A DNA stretch of 64,000 nt, taken from NCBI GenBank assembly GCA_902764415.1, contig CACWVU010000001.1:67395-131394 (forward strand). The letters are read 5' to 3'. The notes beneath the pieces are model-generated. The model searched no databases. It saw only the letters and a program-made list of their open reading frames with translations, and was not told where the DNA came from. This DNA is from an uncultured bacterium (GTDB lineage Bacteria > Verrucomicrobiota > Kiritimatiellia > RFP12 > UBA1067). Positions within the stretch are counted from its first letter, which is position 1; every line of letters starts with the position of its first letter. Positions 41,701 through 50,490 of the stretch are shown here, one piece after another. The translations under genes were made by a program, and so were the position numbers.

Positions 41701-42227
41701 TCGACCCCAACAACCGCCGCACCCGCCAGCTGCGCGACTACGTGACCAGGATCCGCGCGCTCACCGAGGAGACCGAGCGGCTCGAGGGCAAGCGCCGCTC
41801 CGGCAACCTCACCGACGCGGAGTCGCTCGCGCTTGCGCGCTGCTACTACGAAATGGGCAGGACGGTCGAGGCGGCCTCGCTCGTGCAGCCAATCGCCGAC
41901 TCGCTCCAGAGCCCGGCCGACCTGCGCCTGGCGGCGACGGTCCTCCGCGAGGCGCGGCGCGCCGCCGAGGCGGAGAAGGTGCTCGACCGCTACCTCCGCG
42001 CGGTGCCGTCCGACGCCGACGCCTGGCTGGAGCTCGCCATTTTCCAGCACCGCTCCAACCGCCGGTCCAAGGCGATGGCCAGCTTCGACCAGGCGGTGCG
42101 CGCCAACGCCGGCGTGGTCGAGGCGCGGCTCCAGAAGCGCGAGCCGGACCTGATGGAGATCTACACCGGCTGGGCCCGCCACCAGCCAGCCGCGCAGCGT
42201 CGCCAGCCGTCCTCGGTGTGGCAGTAG
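38706..42227 (+). CDS. DUF2723/TMEM260-like GT-C membrane glycosyltransferase with C-terminal TPRs
   Basis: EDSGEL..A..LGVPHPPGYP, WSQSTIVEIYSL and NPPMNWG.P motifs; many TM helices; TPR-like C-terminus. Confidence 0.85.
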   Translation: MKDRFFSKLDWAAFWTATVATFAVYFYTLGPSVGLEDSGELATAAANLGVPHPPGYPFWTFCSWLFCKAFSFVTYMGHPTPAWCVSLCSAVFGAFAAGCTAMLICRSGRDFVDGEEGPGAWLCFGGGVAGALTFALSPVEWSQSTIVEIYSLNALFLMWVFLLSYRWMRRPSDKILWTTAFVFGLGLTNYQVLLFAIVPLALVIAMKNLGLFRDVFIYLTPVALTYQVLQIGQLVRADRAMSADAINKHLPLKGATVPSTTVLVLGLAAIVVSIAAAAFLSRRGSRERARKVALFGGVGGVVLMLASMYIFSSISVWGGADLELAPLVEPWRYLLVAACAAGSVVAAALAALRPAEDPEPDGFAARVKAQFCRELWIAVALAALAVVFATMVPQAGDGGYLGPKYPWGKSTLVFVLVLAALFAMCSSTPRGLSFAVPVAGLHIAAFVLLSRGALNGLTHPTTWYFCWPVVWNFALLALSVLTLPNGLSVAGAAFFAQLGVSFYAYMPIVSDLRNPPMNWGYPRTWEGFKHAIMRGQYEAIGFQLPKWGAILEYFKDVRVQFTDVMIPFALVPFVAGRWIVRKENRKAFWQWMVPVLVCFLLMSVLLVGLANVKGDLQDGFIQKVKFISSHAMIALWIGYGLVFACAFALRKAGERGLLAGGRVRLAAFAAAALMIAVSFFAPLVDNYCGDYRLGVNEVAFKLGGSEQNGHTFGWQFGAYQLEGAKAINEQIEADEEPLPDPTWPPPMEKYSIFFGGTDPGRFVPTYMIYSALFRPDVYLITQNALADDTYMSVERDLYGDEIWIPSKEDSAEAFNVYVDEVQRGVRQANGDVKIENGRVQVTGALGVMEINGILTKMMHDHDRLRHAFYVEESYVIPWMYPYLSPHGLIMKINADRTPYDAKTAAKDRDFWDWYVRRLLNDPAYRRDFAGQKSFSKLRAAIAGLYIKQGRYREGSQAFREACLLYPASPEATFRYAQECLMPFRKWNETLELMDYTDLIDPNNRRTRQLRDYVTRIRALTEETERLEGKRRSGNLTDAESLALARCYYEMGRTVEAASLVQPIADSLQSPADLRLAATVLREARRAAEAEKVLDRYLRAVPSDADAWLELAIFQHRSNRRSKAMASFDQAVRANAGVVEARLQKREPDLMEIYTGWARHQPAAQRRQPSSVWQ

Positions 42228-42263
42228 CGCCGCGGAAGAAATTTCACGAAAGGAGAAAGACAG

Positions 42264-43292
42264 ATGAAAGCGCCAAAGAAGGGAATCAAGTGGGAGAAGC
42301 TCGGTTTCGGCTTCTCCGATGTCAACTGCCACCTCAGGATGACCTGGAAGGACGGCAAGTGGTCGAAGCCGAAGTTCGTCAAGGATCCGTGGATCAAGAT
42401 GCACATCGGCGCGGCCTGCCTCCACTACGGCCAGGAGTGCTTCGAGGGGATCAAGGCGTTCCGGCAGAAGGACGGCAAGATCGCGATTTTCCGTCCCGAC
42501 GAGAACGCCAAGCGCATGTACAGGACGGCCGAGCGCACCTGCATGCCGCCGATTCCGGTGAAGACCTTCATCGAGTGCTGCCGCGCAGTGGTGAAGAAGA
42601 ACGCCGAGTACGTGCCGCCGTTCGGCACCGGCGGGTCGATGTACCTCCGTCCGCTTTTGATCGGCACCGGTCCGCAGATCGGCGTCGCGCCGGCGAAGGA
42701 ATACACTTTCATGATCATGGTCATGCCGGTCGGCGCGTACTACAAGGGCGGCATCAAGCCGGTGCGGGCGGTCATCTTCGACCAGTGGGACCGCGCCGCG
42801 CCCCACGGCATGGGCGACGTCAAGGTCGGCGGCAACTACGCCGCGGGCATCTTCGCGCACGAGAAGGCGAAGAAGGAAGGCTGGCCGGTCGAGCTCTACC
42901 TCGACGCCAAGACCCACAAGTACATCGAGGAGTTCGCGACATCGAACTTCGCGGGCATCACGAAGGACGGTGCGTATGTCACGCCCGACTCCTGCTCGGT
43001 GCTGCCGTCGGTCACCAACATGTCGCTCCGCCAGTGCGCGAAGGACCTCGGCATCAAGGTCGAGGTGCGCCCGGTGCCCTACACCGAGGTGAAGAAGCTC
43101 AAGGCCGTCGCCGCGCTCGGCACGGCGGTCGTCATCACGCCCGTCTGGGAGATCACCCGTGGCAAGGACGTGATCAAGGTGTCCGACCCCGAGGTCGTCC
43201 ATCCGACCCTGCAGAAGCTCTACGACCGCGTCCAGGGCATCCAGTACGGACTCGTCCCCGACCGCCACCACTGGTGCTTCGAGGTCAAGTAG
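42264..43292 (+). CDS. ilvE: Branched-chain amino acid aminotransferase
   Basis: LHYGQECFEGIKA, FRPDENA.R, YLRP, KVGGNY and LPSVT motifs. Confidence 0.95.
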   Translation: MKAPKKGIKWEKLGFGFSDVNCHLRMTWKDGKWSKPKFVKDPWIKMHIGAACLHYGQECFEGIKAFRQKDGKIAIFRPDENAKRMYRTAERTCMPPIPVKTFIECCRAVVKKNAEYVPPFGTGGSMYLRPLLIGTGPQIGVAPAKEYTFMIMVMPVGAYYKGGIKPVRAVIFDQWDRAAPHGMGDVKVGGNYAAGIFAHEKAKKEGWPVELYLDAKTHKYIEEFATSNFAGITKDGAYVTPDSCSVLPSVTNMSLRQCAKDLGIKVEVRPVPYTEVKKLKAVAALGTAVVITPVWEITRGKDVIKVSDPEVVHPTLQKLYDRVQGIQYGLVPDRHHWCFEVK

Positions 43293-43296
43293 CCAC

Positions 43297-44955
43297 GTGT
43301 CGGCCGGCGAGATAGTCGCGAAGATCCTCCGGGCCCGCGGCATCAGCGAAGCCGAGCTCGGGGACTTCCTCAATCCGTCCCTCGACCAGCTCGCGCGCCC
43401 AGAGGACCTGCCCGGCGTCGAGGCGGCGGCCGACGCCGTCCTCGCCGCGATGGCGGCGGGGCGCGGAATCGTCGTCTTCGGCGACTACGACTGTGACGGC
43501 GTGTGCGCCACCGCGATCCTGGTGAAGGCGCTCGGTGCGCTCGGGGCGGACGTGGAGCCGTTCCTGCCCAACCGGTTGACCGAAGGCTACGGCATGAGCG
43601 ACGCCTCGGTCGCGCGGCTCCTCGCCGAGCATCCCGGCGTCGGGCTCGTCATCACCGTCGACAACGGCATCAACTCCCTCGACCAGATTGCCGCGCTCAG
43701 GTCCCGCGGCGTCGAGGTGGTGGTGACCGACCACCACCTGCCGACCAGGCTCCCGGGGTCGGACGGCGCACCTGGCGAAATCGCGCTGCCGGACGCGACC
43801 GCTCTCGTCAACCCGAAGGTGGCGGCGCCGCGGCACCTCGTCGACCTCTGCGGCGCCGGCGTCGCCTTTTTGCTCGCGAACCGGCTGATCGCCGAGGCAG
43901 GGCGCCGCGGCATCTACTCGGGCGCCAAGGTCGGCGGTCCGCTGCTGGTGCTCGCCGGCATCGCTACGGTGACGGACCTCATGCCGCTTCTCGGACAGAA
44001 CCGCATCCTCGTCGCCGAGGCGCTGAAGCGCTTCGCCGCGTGGGCGCCGATGGGCGTGCGCGAGCTCTACGCGCGCGCCGCCCGCGTCGGCGCCGAGCGC
44101 CTGACCTCGCGCGACTTCGGCTTCCTGATCGGCCCGCGCATCAACGCCTCGGGACGGCTCGGCTCCGGCGAGCAGGCGCTGGAGCTGGTGCTTTCCGACG
44201 ACCGCGAGATCTCGCGCGAGCTGGCGCGGATCGTGGACATGCGCAACATGGAGCGCCGCTCGATCGAGCAGAAGATGTCCGAGGACGCGCTCGCGCGCGT
44301 GGTCGAGGGCGCGAGCGCCCAGGTGATCGACCTGCCCGAGGGGCATCCCGGCGTCGTCGGCATCGTCGCCGCGAGGCTCCTGGAGCGCATAGGCCGTGGC
44401 CCGGTGTGCGTCATCGCGGGCGGGCACGGGTCAGGGCGCGCGCCCGACGGCTTCAACCTGCGCGACGCCTTTGACGCGTGCGCGTCCGTGCTCGAGCGCT
44501 ACGGCGGGCACGCCGCCGCGGGAGGGTTCTCGGTGAAGGAGGGGATGACGGACGAGTTCCGCCGTCTCCTCTGCGAGTACTGCGATCGCGTGGATCGGGA
44601 GCGACCGCCCTCCGCGGCAGGCGGAGTCGAGCCCGACATCTGGATCGAGCCTAAGGACGTCACGCTCGAGCTCGCTGACGAAGTCGCGCGGCTCGAGCCG
44701 TTCGGCGAGGGCAACCCCGAGCCGACCTTCGGGCTCCGCGGCGTCACCTTGGCCGACGTCCGTCCGCTCGGCTCCGACGGCCGCCACCTCACGCTTTCGC
44801 TCCGCGAGTCGCGCCTGAGGGGGGTGTTCTGGAACCACGGCGACATGGTCGAGGACCTGCGCGCCAGCCCCGTCCGGCGCGACCTCGTGTTCGCGCTCGC
44901 CGTCTCCGACTACGGCGAGCGACACGTCGAGCTCAGGCTCGTCGCGGTGTCCTGA
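43297..44955 (+). CDS. recJ: Single-stranded DNA exonuclease RecJ
   Basis: GDYDCDG, TVDNG, TDHH, PRINASGRL, GGHAAAGG and LEPFGEGNPEP motifs. Confidence 0.93.
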   Translation: MSAGEIVAKILRARGISEAELGDFLNPSLDQLARPEDLPGVEAAADAVLAAMAAGRGIVVFGDYDCDGVCATAILVKALGALGADVEPFLPNRLTEGYGMSDASVARLLAEHPGVGLVITVDNGINSLDQIAALRSRGVEVVVTDHHLPTRLPGSDGAPGEIALPDATALVNPKVAAPRHLVDLCGAGVAFLLANRLIAEAGRRGIYSGAKVGGPLLVLAGIATVTDLMPLLGQNRILVAEALKRFAAWAPMGVRELYARAARVGAERLTSRDFGFLIGPRINASGRLGSGEQALELVLSDDREISRELARIVDMRNMERRSIEQKMSEDALARVVEGASAQVIDLPEGHPGVVGIVAARLLERIGRGPVCVIAGGHGSGRAPDGFNLRDAFDACASVLERYGGHAAAGGFSVKEGMTDEFRRLLCEYCDRVDRERPPSAAGGVEPDIWIEPKDVTLELADEVARLEPFGEGNPEPTFGLRGVTLADVRPLGSDGRHLTLSLRESRLRGVFWNHGDMVEDLRASPVRRDLVFALAVSDYGERHVELRLVAVS

Positions 44956-45003
44956 AGCCGTCCCCGGCCCCTCCGGGGGGTAAAAATTTTTTAATTTGCC
45001 CCC

Positions 45004-45060
45004 TTGACGCAGACACAAGATTTAGTGTATTATACTCAACCTAACCACAATAGGGTGTTG
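45004..45060 (+). promoter_or_regulatory. nrdD promoter with tandem NrdR boxes
   Basis: TTGACG-N18-TATTAT; boxes ACACAAGATTTAGTGT (45013-45028) and CCACAATAGGGTGTTG (45045-45060), 32 bp apart. Confidence 0.7.
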
Positions 45061-45110
45061 TTGGTTGGAAAATCGAGAAAATCCCAAAGGAAAAGGAGCG
45101 GGGGAAAGAG

Positions 45111-47348
45111 ATGAGGCAGTTCAAGATCATCAAGCGCAGCGGCGAGGAGAAGGACTTCGACATCACGAAGATCGAAAACGCGATTCGCGCGGCTTCGAAC
45201 ACGGTCGATCCGGTCAATGCGCTTTCCGAGGACCGAATCCGCCTCATCGCCAAGGAGGTCGCCGGCGTCTGCGAGGCGCGCGACCGAGCGATGACGGTCG
45301 AGGAGATCCAGGACGTGGTCGAGAACAAGATCATGGAGATGGGGTCTCACGAGATCGCCAAGAAGTACATCGTCTACCGCTACAAGCGCGAGCTCGTGCG
45401 CAAGGCGAACACCACCGACTCGGCGATCATCTCGCTCATCGAGTGCAACAACGAGGACGTCAAGCAGGAGAACTCGAACAAGAACCCGCGGATCAACGCG
45501 GTGCAGCGCGACTACATGGCGGGCGAGGTGTCGAAGGACGTCGCCGCGCGCCTGCTGCTGCCCGAGGACGTGGTGCAGGCGCACAAGGACGGCATCATCC
45601 ACTTCCACGACATGGACTACTACGCGCAGCACATGCACAACTGCGACCTCGTCAACCTCGAGGACATGCTGCAGAACGGCACGGTCATCTCCGGGACGAT
45701 GATCGAGAAGCCGAAGTCCTTCTCCACCGCCTGCAACATCGCCACCCAGATCATCGCCCAGGTCGCCTCCAACCAGTACGGCGGGCAGTCGATCTCGCTC
45801 ACCCACCTCGCTCCGTTCGTGGACGTCTCGCGCCAGGTGATCCGCGCCGAGCTGAAGAGCGAGTGCGAGATCGCCGGGGTGAAGATGGAGCCGGAGAAGT
45901 TCGACGCGATCGTCGAGAAGCGCGTCCGCAAGGAGATCCAGAAGGGCGTGCAGACCATCCAGTACCAGGTCGTCACCCTCATGACCACCAACGGCCAGGC
46001 GCCGTTCGTGACCGTCTTCATGTACCTCGGCGAGGCCAGGAGCGAGCAGGAGCGCCGGGACCTGGCGATGATCATCGAGGAGGTCCTGAACGAGCGCATC
46101 CGCGGCGTCAAGAACGAGGAGGGCGTCTACATCACCCCGGCGTTCCCGAAGCTCATCTACGTGCTCGAGCCGCAGAACGTGGAGGAGAACTCGCCCTACT
46201 GGTACCTCACCGAGCTCGCGGCGAAGTGCACGGCCAAGCGCATGGTGCCGGACTACATCAGCGAGAAGAAGATGCGCGAGTACAAGCTCTCCAAGGGCGA
46301 GAGCGTCGGCAACGGCGACACCTACACCTGCATGGGCTGCCGCTCGTTCCTCACCCCCGACCGCTCCGGCAACGGCTACGGCAACATCGCCAACGCCGGC
46401 AACTACGAGCCGGGCAAGCCGAAGTACTACGGCCGCTTCAACCAGGGCGTCGTCACCATCAACCTCGTCGACGTCGCGCTTTCCGCCGGCGGCAGCATGG
46501 ACGAGTTCTGGCGCATCTTCGGCGACCGCTGCGAGCTCTGCCACCGCGCGCTCCGCTGCCGCCACGAGCGTCTCAAGGGCACTTCCTCCGACGCCGCGCC
46601 GATCCTTTGGCAGTACGGCGCGCTCGCGCGCCTCGAGAAGGGCGAGAAGATCGACAAGCTCCTCTACGGCGGCTACTCCACGATCTCGCTCGGCTACGCG
46701 GGGCTCTGGGAGTGCGTGTTCGCGATGACCGGCAAGAAGCTCACCGAGCCCGAGGGCGAGGCGTTCGGCCTCGAGGTGATGCAGAAGCTCAACGAGTACA
46801 CCGCGAAGTGGAAGGCGGCCGAGGACATCGACTACTCCCTCTACGGGACGCCGCTCGAGTCGACCACCTACAAGTTCGCCAAGTGCCTGCAGAAGCGCTT
46901 CGGCATCGTCAAGGGCGTGACCGACCGCAACTACATCACCAACTCCTACCACATCCACGTCACCGAGCCGATCGACGCGTTCCGCAAGCTTGAGACCGAG
47001 GCGAAGTTCCAGAAGCTCTCGCCCGGCGGGGCGATCAGCTACGTCGAGGTTCCGAACATGCAGAACAACCTCAAGGCGGTGCTCGCGATCATGAAGTTCA
47101 TCTACGACCACATCATGTACGCCGAGCTCAACACCAAGTCGGACTACTGCCAGGTGTGCGGCTTCGACGGCGAGATCGAGATCGTGAAGGACATGAGCGG
47201 CAAGCTGATCTGGAGGTGCCCGAAGTGCGGCAACACCGACGAGTCGAAGCTGAACGTCGCCCGCCGCACCTGCGGCTACATCGGCTCCCAGTTCTGGAAC
47301 CAGGGCCGCACCCAGGAGATCAAGGAGCGCGTCCTGCACGTGAGCTGA
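45111..47348 (+). CDS. nrdD: Anaerobic (class III) ribonucleoside-triphosphate reductase
   Basis: ATP-cone (IIKRSGE..FD..KI), HNC, MGCRSFL, YITNSYH, CQVCG..CPKCG and the RRTCGYI glycyl-radical loop. Confidence 0.97.
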   Translation: MRQFKIIKRSGEEKDFDITKIENAIRAASNTVDPVNALSEDRIRLIAKEVAGVCEARDRAMTVEEIQDVVENKIMEMGSHEIAKKYIVYRYKRELVRKANTTDSAIISLIECNNEDVKQENSNKNPRINAVQRDYMAGEVSKDVAARLLLPEDVVQAHKDGIIHFHDMDYYAQHMHNCDLVNLEDMLQNGTVISGTMIEKPKSFSTACNIATQIIAQVASNQYGGQSISLTHLAPFVDVSRQVIRAELKSECEIAGVKMEPEKFDAIVEKRVRKEIQKGVQTIQYQVVTLMTTNGQAPFVTVFMYLGEARSEQERRDLAMIIEEVLNERIRGVKNEEGVYITPAFPKLIYVLEPQNVEENSPYWYLTELAAKCTAKRMVPDYISEKKMREYKLSKGESVGNGDTYTCMGCRSFLTPDRSGNGYGNIANAGNYEPGKPKYYGRFNQGVVTINLVDVALSAGGSMDEFWRIFGDRCELCHRALRCRHERLKGTSSDAAPILWQYGALARLEKGEKIDKLLYGGYSTISLGYAGLWECVFAMTGKKLTEPEGEAFGLEVMQKLNEYTAKWKAAEDIDYSLYGTPLESTTYKFAKCLQKRFGIVKGVTDRNYITNSYHIHVTEPIDAFRKLETEAKFQKLSPGGAISYVEVPNMQNNLKAVLAIMKFIYDHIMYAELNTKSDYCQVCGFDGEIEIVKDMSGKLIWRCPKCGNTDESKLNVARRTCGYIGSQFWNQGRTQEIKERVLHVS

Positions 47349-48106
47349 TGAAGGCGCTTGCGGACGCAGTCGCCGGCGCGAAGTGCGTCGCGGCGATGAC
47401 CGGGGCCGGTGTGTCGACGCTCTGCGGCATACCGGACTTCCGCGGTCCCAAGGGGCTCTACCGGAACCCCGACGCCGAGCGCATCTTCGACATCGGCTGG
47501 TTCGATCGCGACCCCTCGGTGTACTACCGCGGGTGCCGCGACCTCATCTACGGGCTGGACGCGTTCTCGCCCGGGCCGGTGCACGTCGCGCTCAAGCGGC
47601 TCGAGGACGCGGGCCGGCTCGCCGGCATCGCCACCCAGAACATCGACATGCTCCACCAGAAGGCCGGCTCGTCGAACGTGTACGAGGTCCACGGCTCGCC
47701 GATAATGCACCACTGCCGCCGGTGCGGTGACGCGAAGGGCTTCGGCGAGATCCGCGCGATGATCGAGGCGAACGGCGGGCTCGGCGCGCTCGACTCCGGC
47801 TACGTGCCGCGGTGCGCGTGCGGCGGCGCGTACAAGCCGGACATCACCTTCTTCGGCGAGGCGCTCCCCGAGGAGGCGTTTCTGCGCTCGCAGGAGCTGG
47901 CGATGCGCGCGGACGTGATGCTCGTCCTCGGCACCTCGCTCACGGTGTTCCCGGCGGCCGGGCTCCCGCGGCTCACGCTCCAGAAGGGCGGCAAGGTGTT
48001 CATCGTGAACGCCCAGCCGACTCCGCTCGACGCCTACGCCGCCGCCCGCTACCCCGACTTGCGCGAGTTCGCGGAAATGGTCCTCTCCACCTGGCCGGAA
48101 TGCTGA
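47348..48106 (+). CDS. cobB: Sir2-family NAD-dependent protein deacylase
   Basis: TGAGVST..GIPDFRG, TQNIDMLHQKAG, VHGS, CxxC..CxCGG, KPDITFFGE and GTSLTVFPAA motifs. Confidence 0.92.
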   Translation: MKALADAVAGAKCVAAMTGAGVSTLCGIPDFRGPKGLYRNPDAERIFDIGWFDRDPSVYYRGCRDLIYGLDAFSPGPVHVALKRLEDAGRLAGIATQNIDMLHQKAGSSNVYEVHGSPIMHHCRRCGDAKGFGEIRAMIEANGGLGALDSGYVPRCACGGAYKPDITFFGEALPEEAFLRSQELAMRADVMLVLGTSLTVFPAAGLPRLTLQKGGKVFIVNAQPTPLDAYAAARYPDLREFAEMVLSTWPEC

Positions 48107-48230
48107 GGGAAGATGAGACTTGGGTGATGTATTCCAGCTTCCTGCAAACGGCGTGAGCCTTGCCGAGGCGCGGACTGCCATCGAGCGACTCCGTTCAAGG
48201 GGGTGTTCGGGGTTTTCATAGGAGAACGGC

Positions 48231-49565
48231 ATGGGTAGGGGCAAGAATCCGTTTGATAGAATCGTGGGGCCGGACGGCGAGTGGCGGGTGCCGGTGCCGG
48301 GAGTCGAGGTTGGCCCGCGCGAGGAATTCATGCTGCGGTGTCTGAACGCGGCTGTGAACTTGCGAGGAGTCCTGACCTACGGCGAGTTCTGCGACGTCTA
48401 CAACCGCTATGCGCCCGATCACGACGAGCCGGTGTCAAATTCGCTGGATGAAGACGAGCTGTCTGATTTTCTGATCCGCGTCGCTGGTTGCAGAGAGGGC
48501 GATGGCTCGGCAATGGACGCGCTGATCGACGAGTTCGGTATGTATTTCGTCTGCTGGCGCGACCACCGCACTGGTGAGAAGGTCGTTGCCGCCGCTGAGA
48601 TGTTCTGCCACCGGGACGCGGATGGCTGCTATCAGGAGCCGGAAGGCGATGCCGCCGACCTGAAGTCGTTTTTTGACAAGCGCGTGGCGGCAGCGCGCGA
48701 TGTGCAGCGCGGCATCACTTACCCTGATCTAGACGAGGATCTTTTTCTGTCCTTCGAATTCCCAGACGACGATGACGACGAGTATCCTGACGGCGCCGGC
48801 GACGACGGGGAGACCGGCGAAGAGGTCCGAGTCGAGGACCTGCCGCCGGCGAAGTTCACTGGGCCGTTCGACTTCAAGTCCGTGAAGGACCCATCAGTGC
48901 GCGACAAGTTGCTCTGGGACTACGAGGGCGTCCGGCTCGTTACGCGCGACTTCGTTCGCCGCGAGGTCATGCGCGAGCTGACGGGCGACGAGCGCCGCGC
49001 CGCGGCGAAGCGGCTCGGCTTCAAGATCGACGGGCAAACCGGCTTTGTCGCAGATCCCAACCTCGACATGGTCGTCGGGGACTTCGCGGCAATGATGGAC
49101 GACCAGCACGGCGAACCAGCGATCAAGCGCATCATGAAGCGCAAGGACAAGCTCGAGGACGACCTCGGCCGCGCCGCCTCAGAATACTACGAGAACTATC
49201 GCTACACGTGGCTTGAGGTGCTGGCGTCAAAGGCGGGAGTCGGTCTCAAGTGCCGCGACCTGATGACCTGCGAGGACATCTTCCTCATGGAGACGAGCCT
49301 CAGCCGGGACAATGTGAAGGGGATGACGATCTGCGCAGGCATCGCGCCGATGGGCGAGGTTTACCTCTCGCTCGGCGTCATCCATCCCGCGAACTTCGAG
49401 AATCCAGCGACGATCCTCAAGATCGTCTTGACTTATCTGGGGCTGCCGACAGAGCTGCCGGTTCGCCTTTCGTTTGCCGACCAGGCGCGATTCGCCGCGG
49501 AGACGATCCGCCGCGTACACGCTAATGGCAAGTTCGACACCATCACCTACGGAACCATGGAATGA
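48231..49565 (+). CDS. Hypothetical protein with an acidic central linker; atypical codon usage
   Basis: 444-aa ORF with SD AGGAG and an ATGA overlap with nrdG; more A/T-ending codons than its neighbours. Confidence 0.7.
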   Translation: MGRGKNPFDRIVGPDGEWRVPVPGVEVGPREEFMLRCLNAAVNLRGVLTYGEFCDVYNRYAPDHDEPVSNSLDEDELSDFLIRVAGCREGDGSAMDALIDEFGMYFVCWRDHRTGEKVVAAAEMFCHRDADGCYQEPEGDAADLKSFFDKRVAAARDVQRGITYPDLDEDLFLSFEFPDDDDDEYPDGAGDDGETGEEVRVEDLPPAKFTGPFDFKSVKDPSVRDKLLWDYEGVRLVTRDFVRREVMRELTGDERRAAAKRLGFKIDGQTGFVADPNLDMVVGDFAAMMDDQHGEPAIKRIMKRKDKLEDDLGRAASEYYENYRYTWLEVLASKAGVGLKCRDLMTCEDIFLMETSLSRDNVKGMTICAGIAPMGEVYLSLGVIHPANFENPATILKIVLTYLGLPTELPVRLSFADQARFAAETIRRVHANGKFDTITYGTME

Positions 49566-50065
49566 ACTACGCGTCAATCAGGACCTGCGACGTCGCTAAC
49601 GGGGAGGGGGTGAGGGTCTCGCTCTTCGTCTCCGGCTGCACCCACCGCTGCAAGGGGTGCTTCAACGAGGAGGCGTGGGACTTCGCCTACGGCAAGCCCT
49701 TTACCCGCGAGGTGGAGGACGAGCTCCTCGCCGCGCTCGCGCCGCCGCACATCGCCGGGCTCTCGCTCCTCGGCGGCGAGCCGATGGAGCCGGAGAACCA
49801 GCGCGCGCTCGTGCCGTTCCTCCGGCGCTTCCGGGAGCGCTTCGGCGCCACTCGCACGCTCTGGGTGTACACGGGCTGCGTCCTCGAGACCGAGCTTAAG
49901 TCGCCGTCGCGCTGGCGCACGGAGCTCACCGACGAGTTCCTCTCGATGGTCGACGTGCTCGTGGACGGCCCGTTCGTCGAGCCGCTGAAGGACATCTCGC
50001 TCGCCTTCCGCGGCAGCTCCAACCAGCGCGTCCTGCGCCTCGCCGACGGCCGCCGCTCGGCCTGA
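49562..50065 (+). CDS. nrdG: Anaerobic RNR activating enzyme (radical SAM)
   Basis: D.ANGEGVRVSLFVSGCTHRCKGCFN, LLGGEP, DVLVDG.F and FRGSSNQR motifs. Confidence 0.97.
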   Translation: MNYASIRTCDVANGEGVRVSLFVSGCTHRCKGCFNEEAWDFAYGKPFTREVEDELLAALAPPHIAGLSLLGGEPMEPENQRALVPFLRRFRERFGATRTLWVYTGCVLETELKSPSRWRTELTDEFLSMVDVLVDGPFVEPLKDISLAFRGSSNQRVLRLADGRRSA

Positions 50066-50098
50066 GGCTCAGGCGGCGCAGTTTTTGAAATACCCCCC

Positions 50099-50128
50099 TT
50101 GCGCTCCAACGCCTGAATATGATATACT
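50099..50128 (+). promoter_or_regulatory. Promoter of the tRNA cluster
   Basis: TTGCGC-N18-TATACT with TGn extension, just upstream of tRNA-Gly. Confidence 0.55.
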
Positions 50129-50145
50129 ACGCAATGTTTTCCGAT

Positions 50146-50221
50146 GCGAGGATAACTCAGTTGGTAGAGTGCCACCTTGCCAAGGTGGTTGTCGCGGGTT
50201 CGAGTCCCGTTCCTCGCTCCA
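50146..50221 (+). tRNA. tRNA-Gly(GCC)
   Basis: Acceptor GCGAGGA/TCCTCGC; anticodon arm CCACC-TTGCCAA-GGTGG; GTTCGAGTC; encoded CCA; 76 nt. Confidence 0.97.
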
Positions 50222-50238
50222 GAAAGCCAAGGTGAAAT

Positions 50239-50314
50239 GGGGGCGTAGCTCAGCTGGTAGAGCAAGTGACTCTTAATCACTGGGTCCAGGGTTCGAATCC
50301 CTGCGCCCCTACCA
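50239..50314 (+). tRNA. tRNA-Lys(CTT)
   Basis: Acceptor GGGGGCG/CGCCCCT; anticodon arm AGTGA-CTCTTAA-TCACT; GTTCGAATC; CCA. Confidence 0.96.
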
Positions 50315-50332
50315 TTTCGACCAGACGATGAT

Positions 50333-50408
<76 letters not shown>

Positions 50409-50442
50409 GATATCTTGTCGTCTTCGCGGCAGATTCTGCGGG

Positions 50443-50482
50443 CCGCGAATCACGAACCACGAATCACGAATTTTGGTATAAT
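50443..50482 (+). repeat. YCACGAA heptamer array (4 units) abutting a TGGTATAAT promoter
   Basis: CCGCGAA TCACGAA CCACGAA TCACGAA TTTTGGTATAAT; ATG 8 nt later. Confidence 0.85.
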
Positions 50483-50490
50483 ACGCAGCA

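Noticed and set aside
44962-44996. Possible terminator after recJ (CCCCGG-CCCCT-CCGGGG)
   Set aside because: The stem is short and the T-run is not adjacent; the AT tract is equally explained as an UP element of the nrdD promoter.
47348-49565. Sir2 plus unknown ORF as an anti-phage (Thoeris/DSR-like) system
   Set aside because: The sirtuin has the Zn-binding CxxC pairs and full motifs of housekeeping CobB deacylases and host-like codon usage, unlike defence SIR2 NADases.
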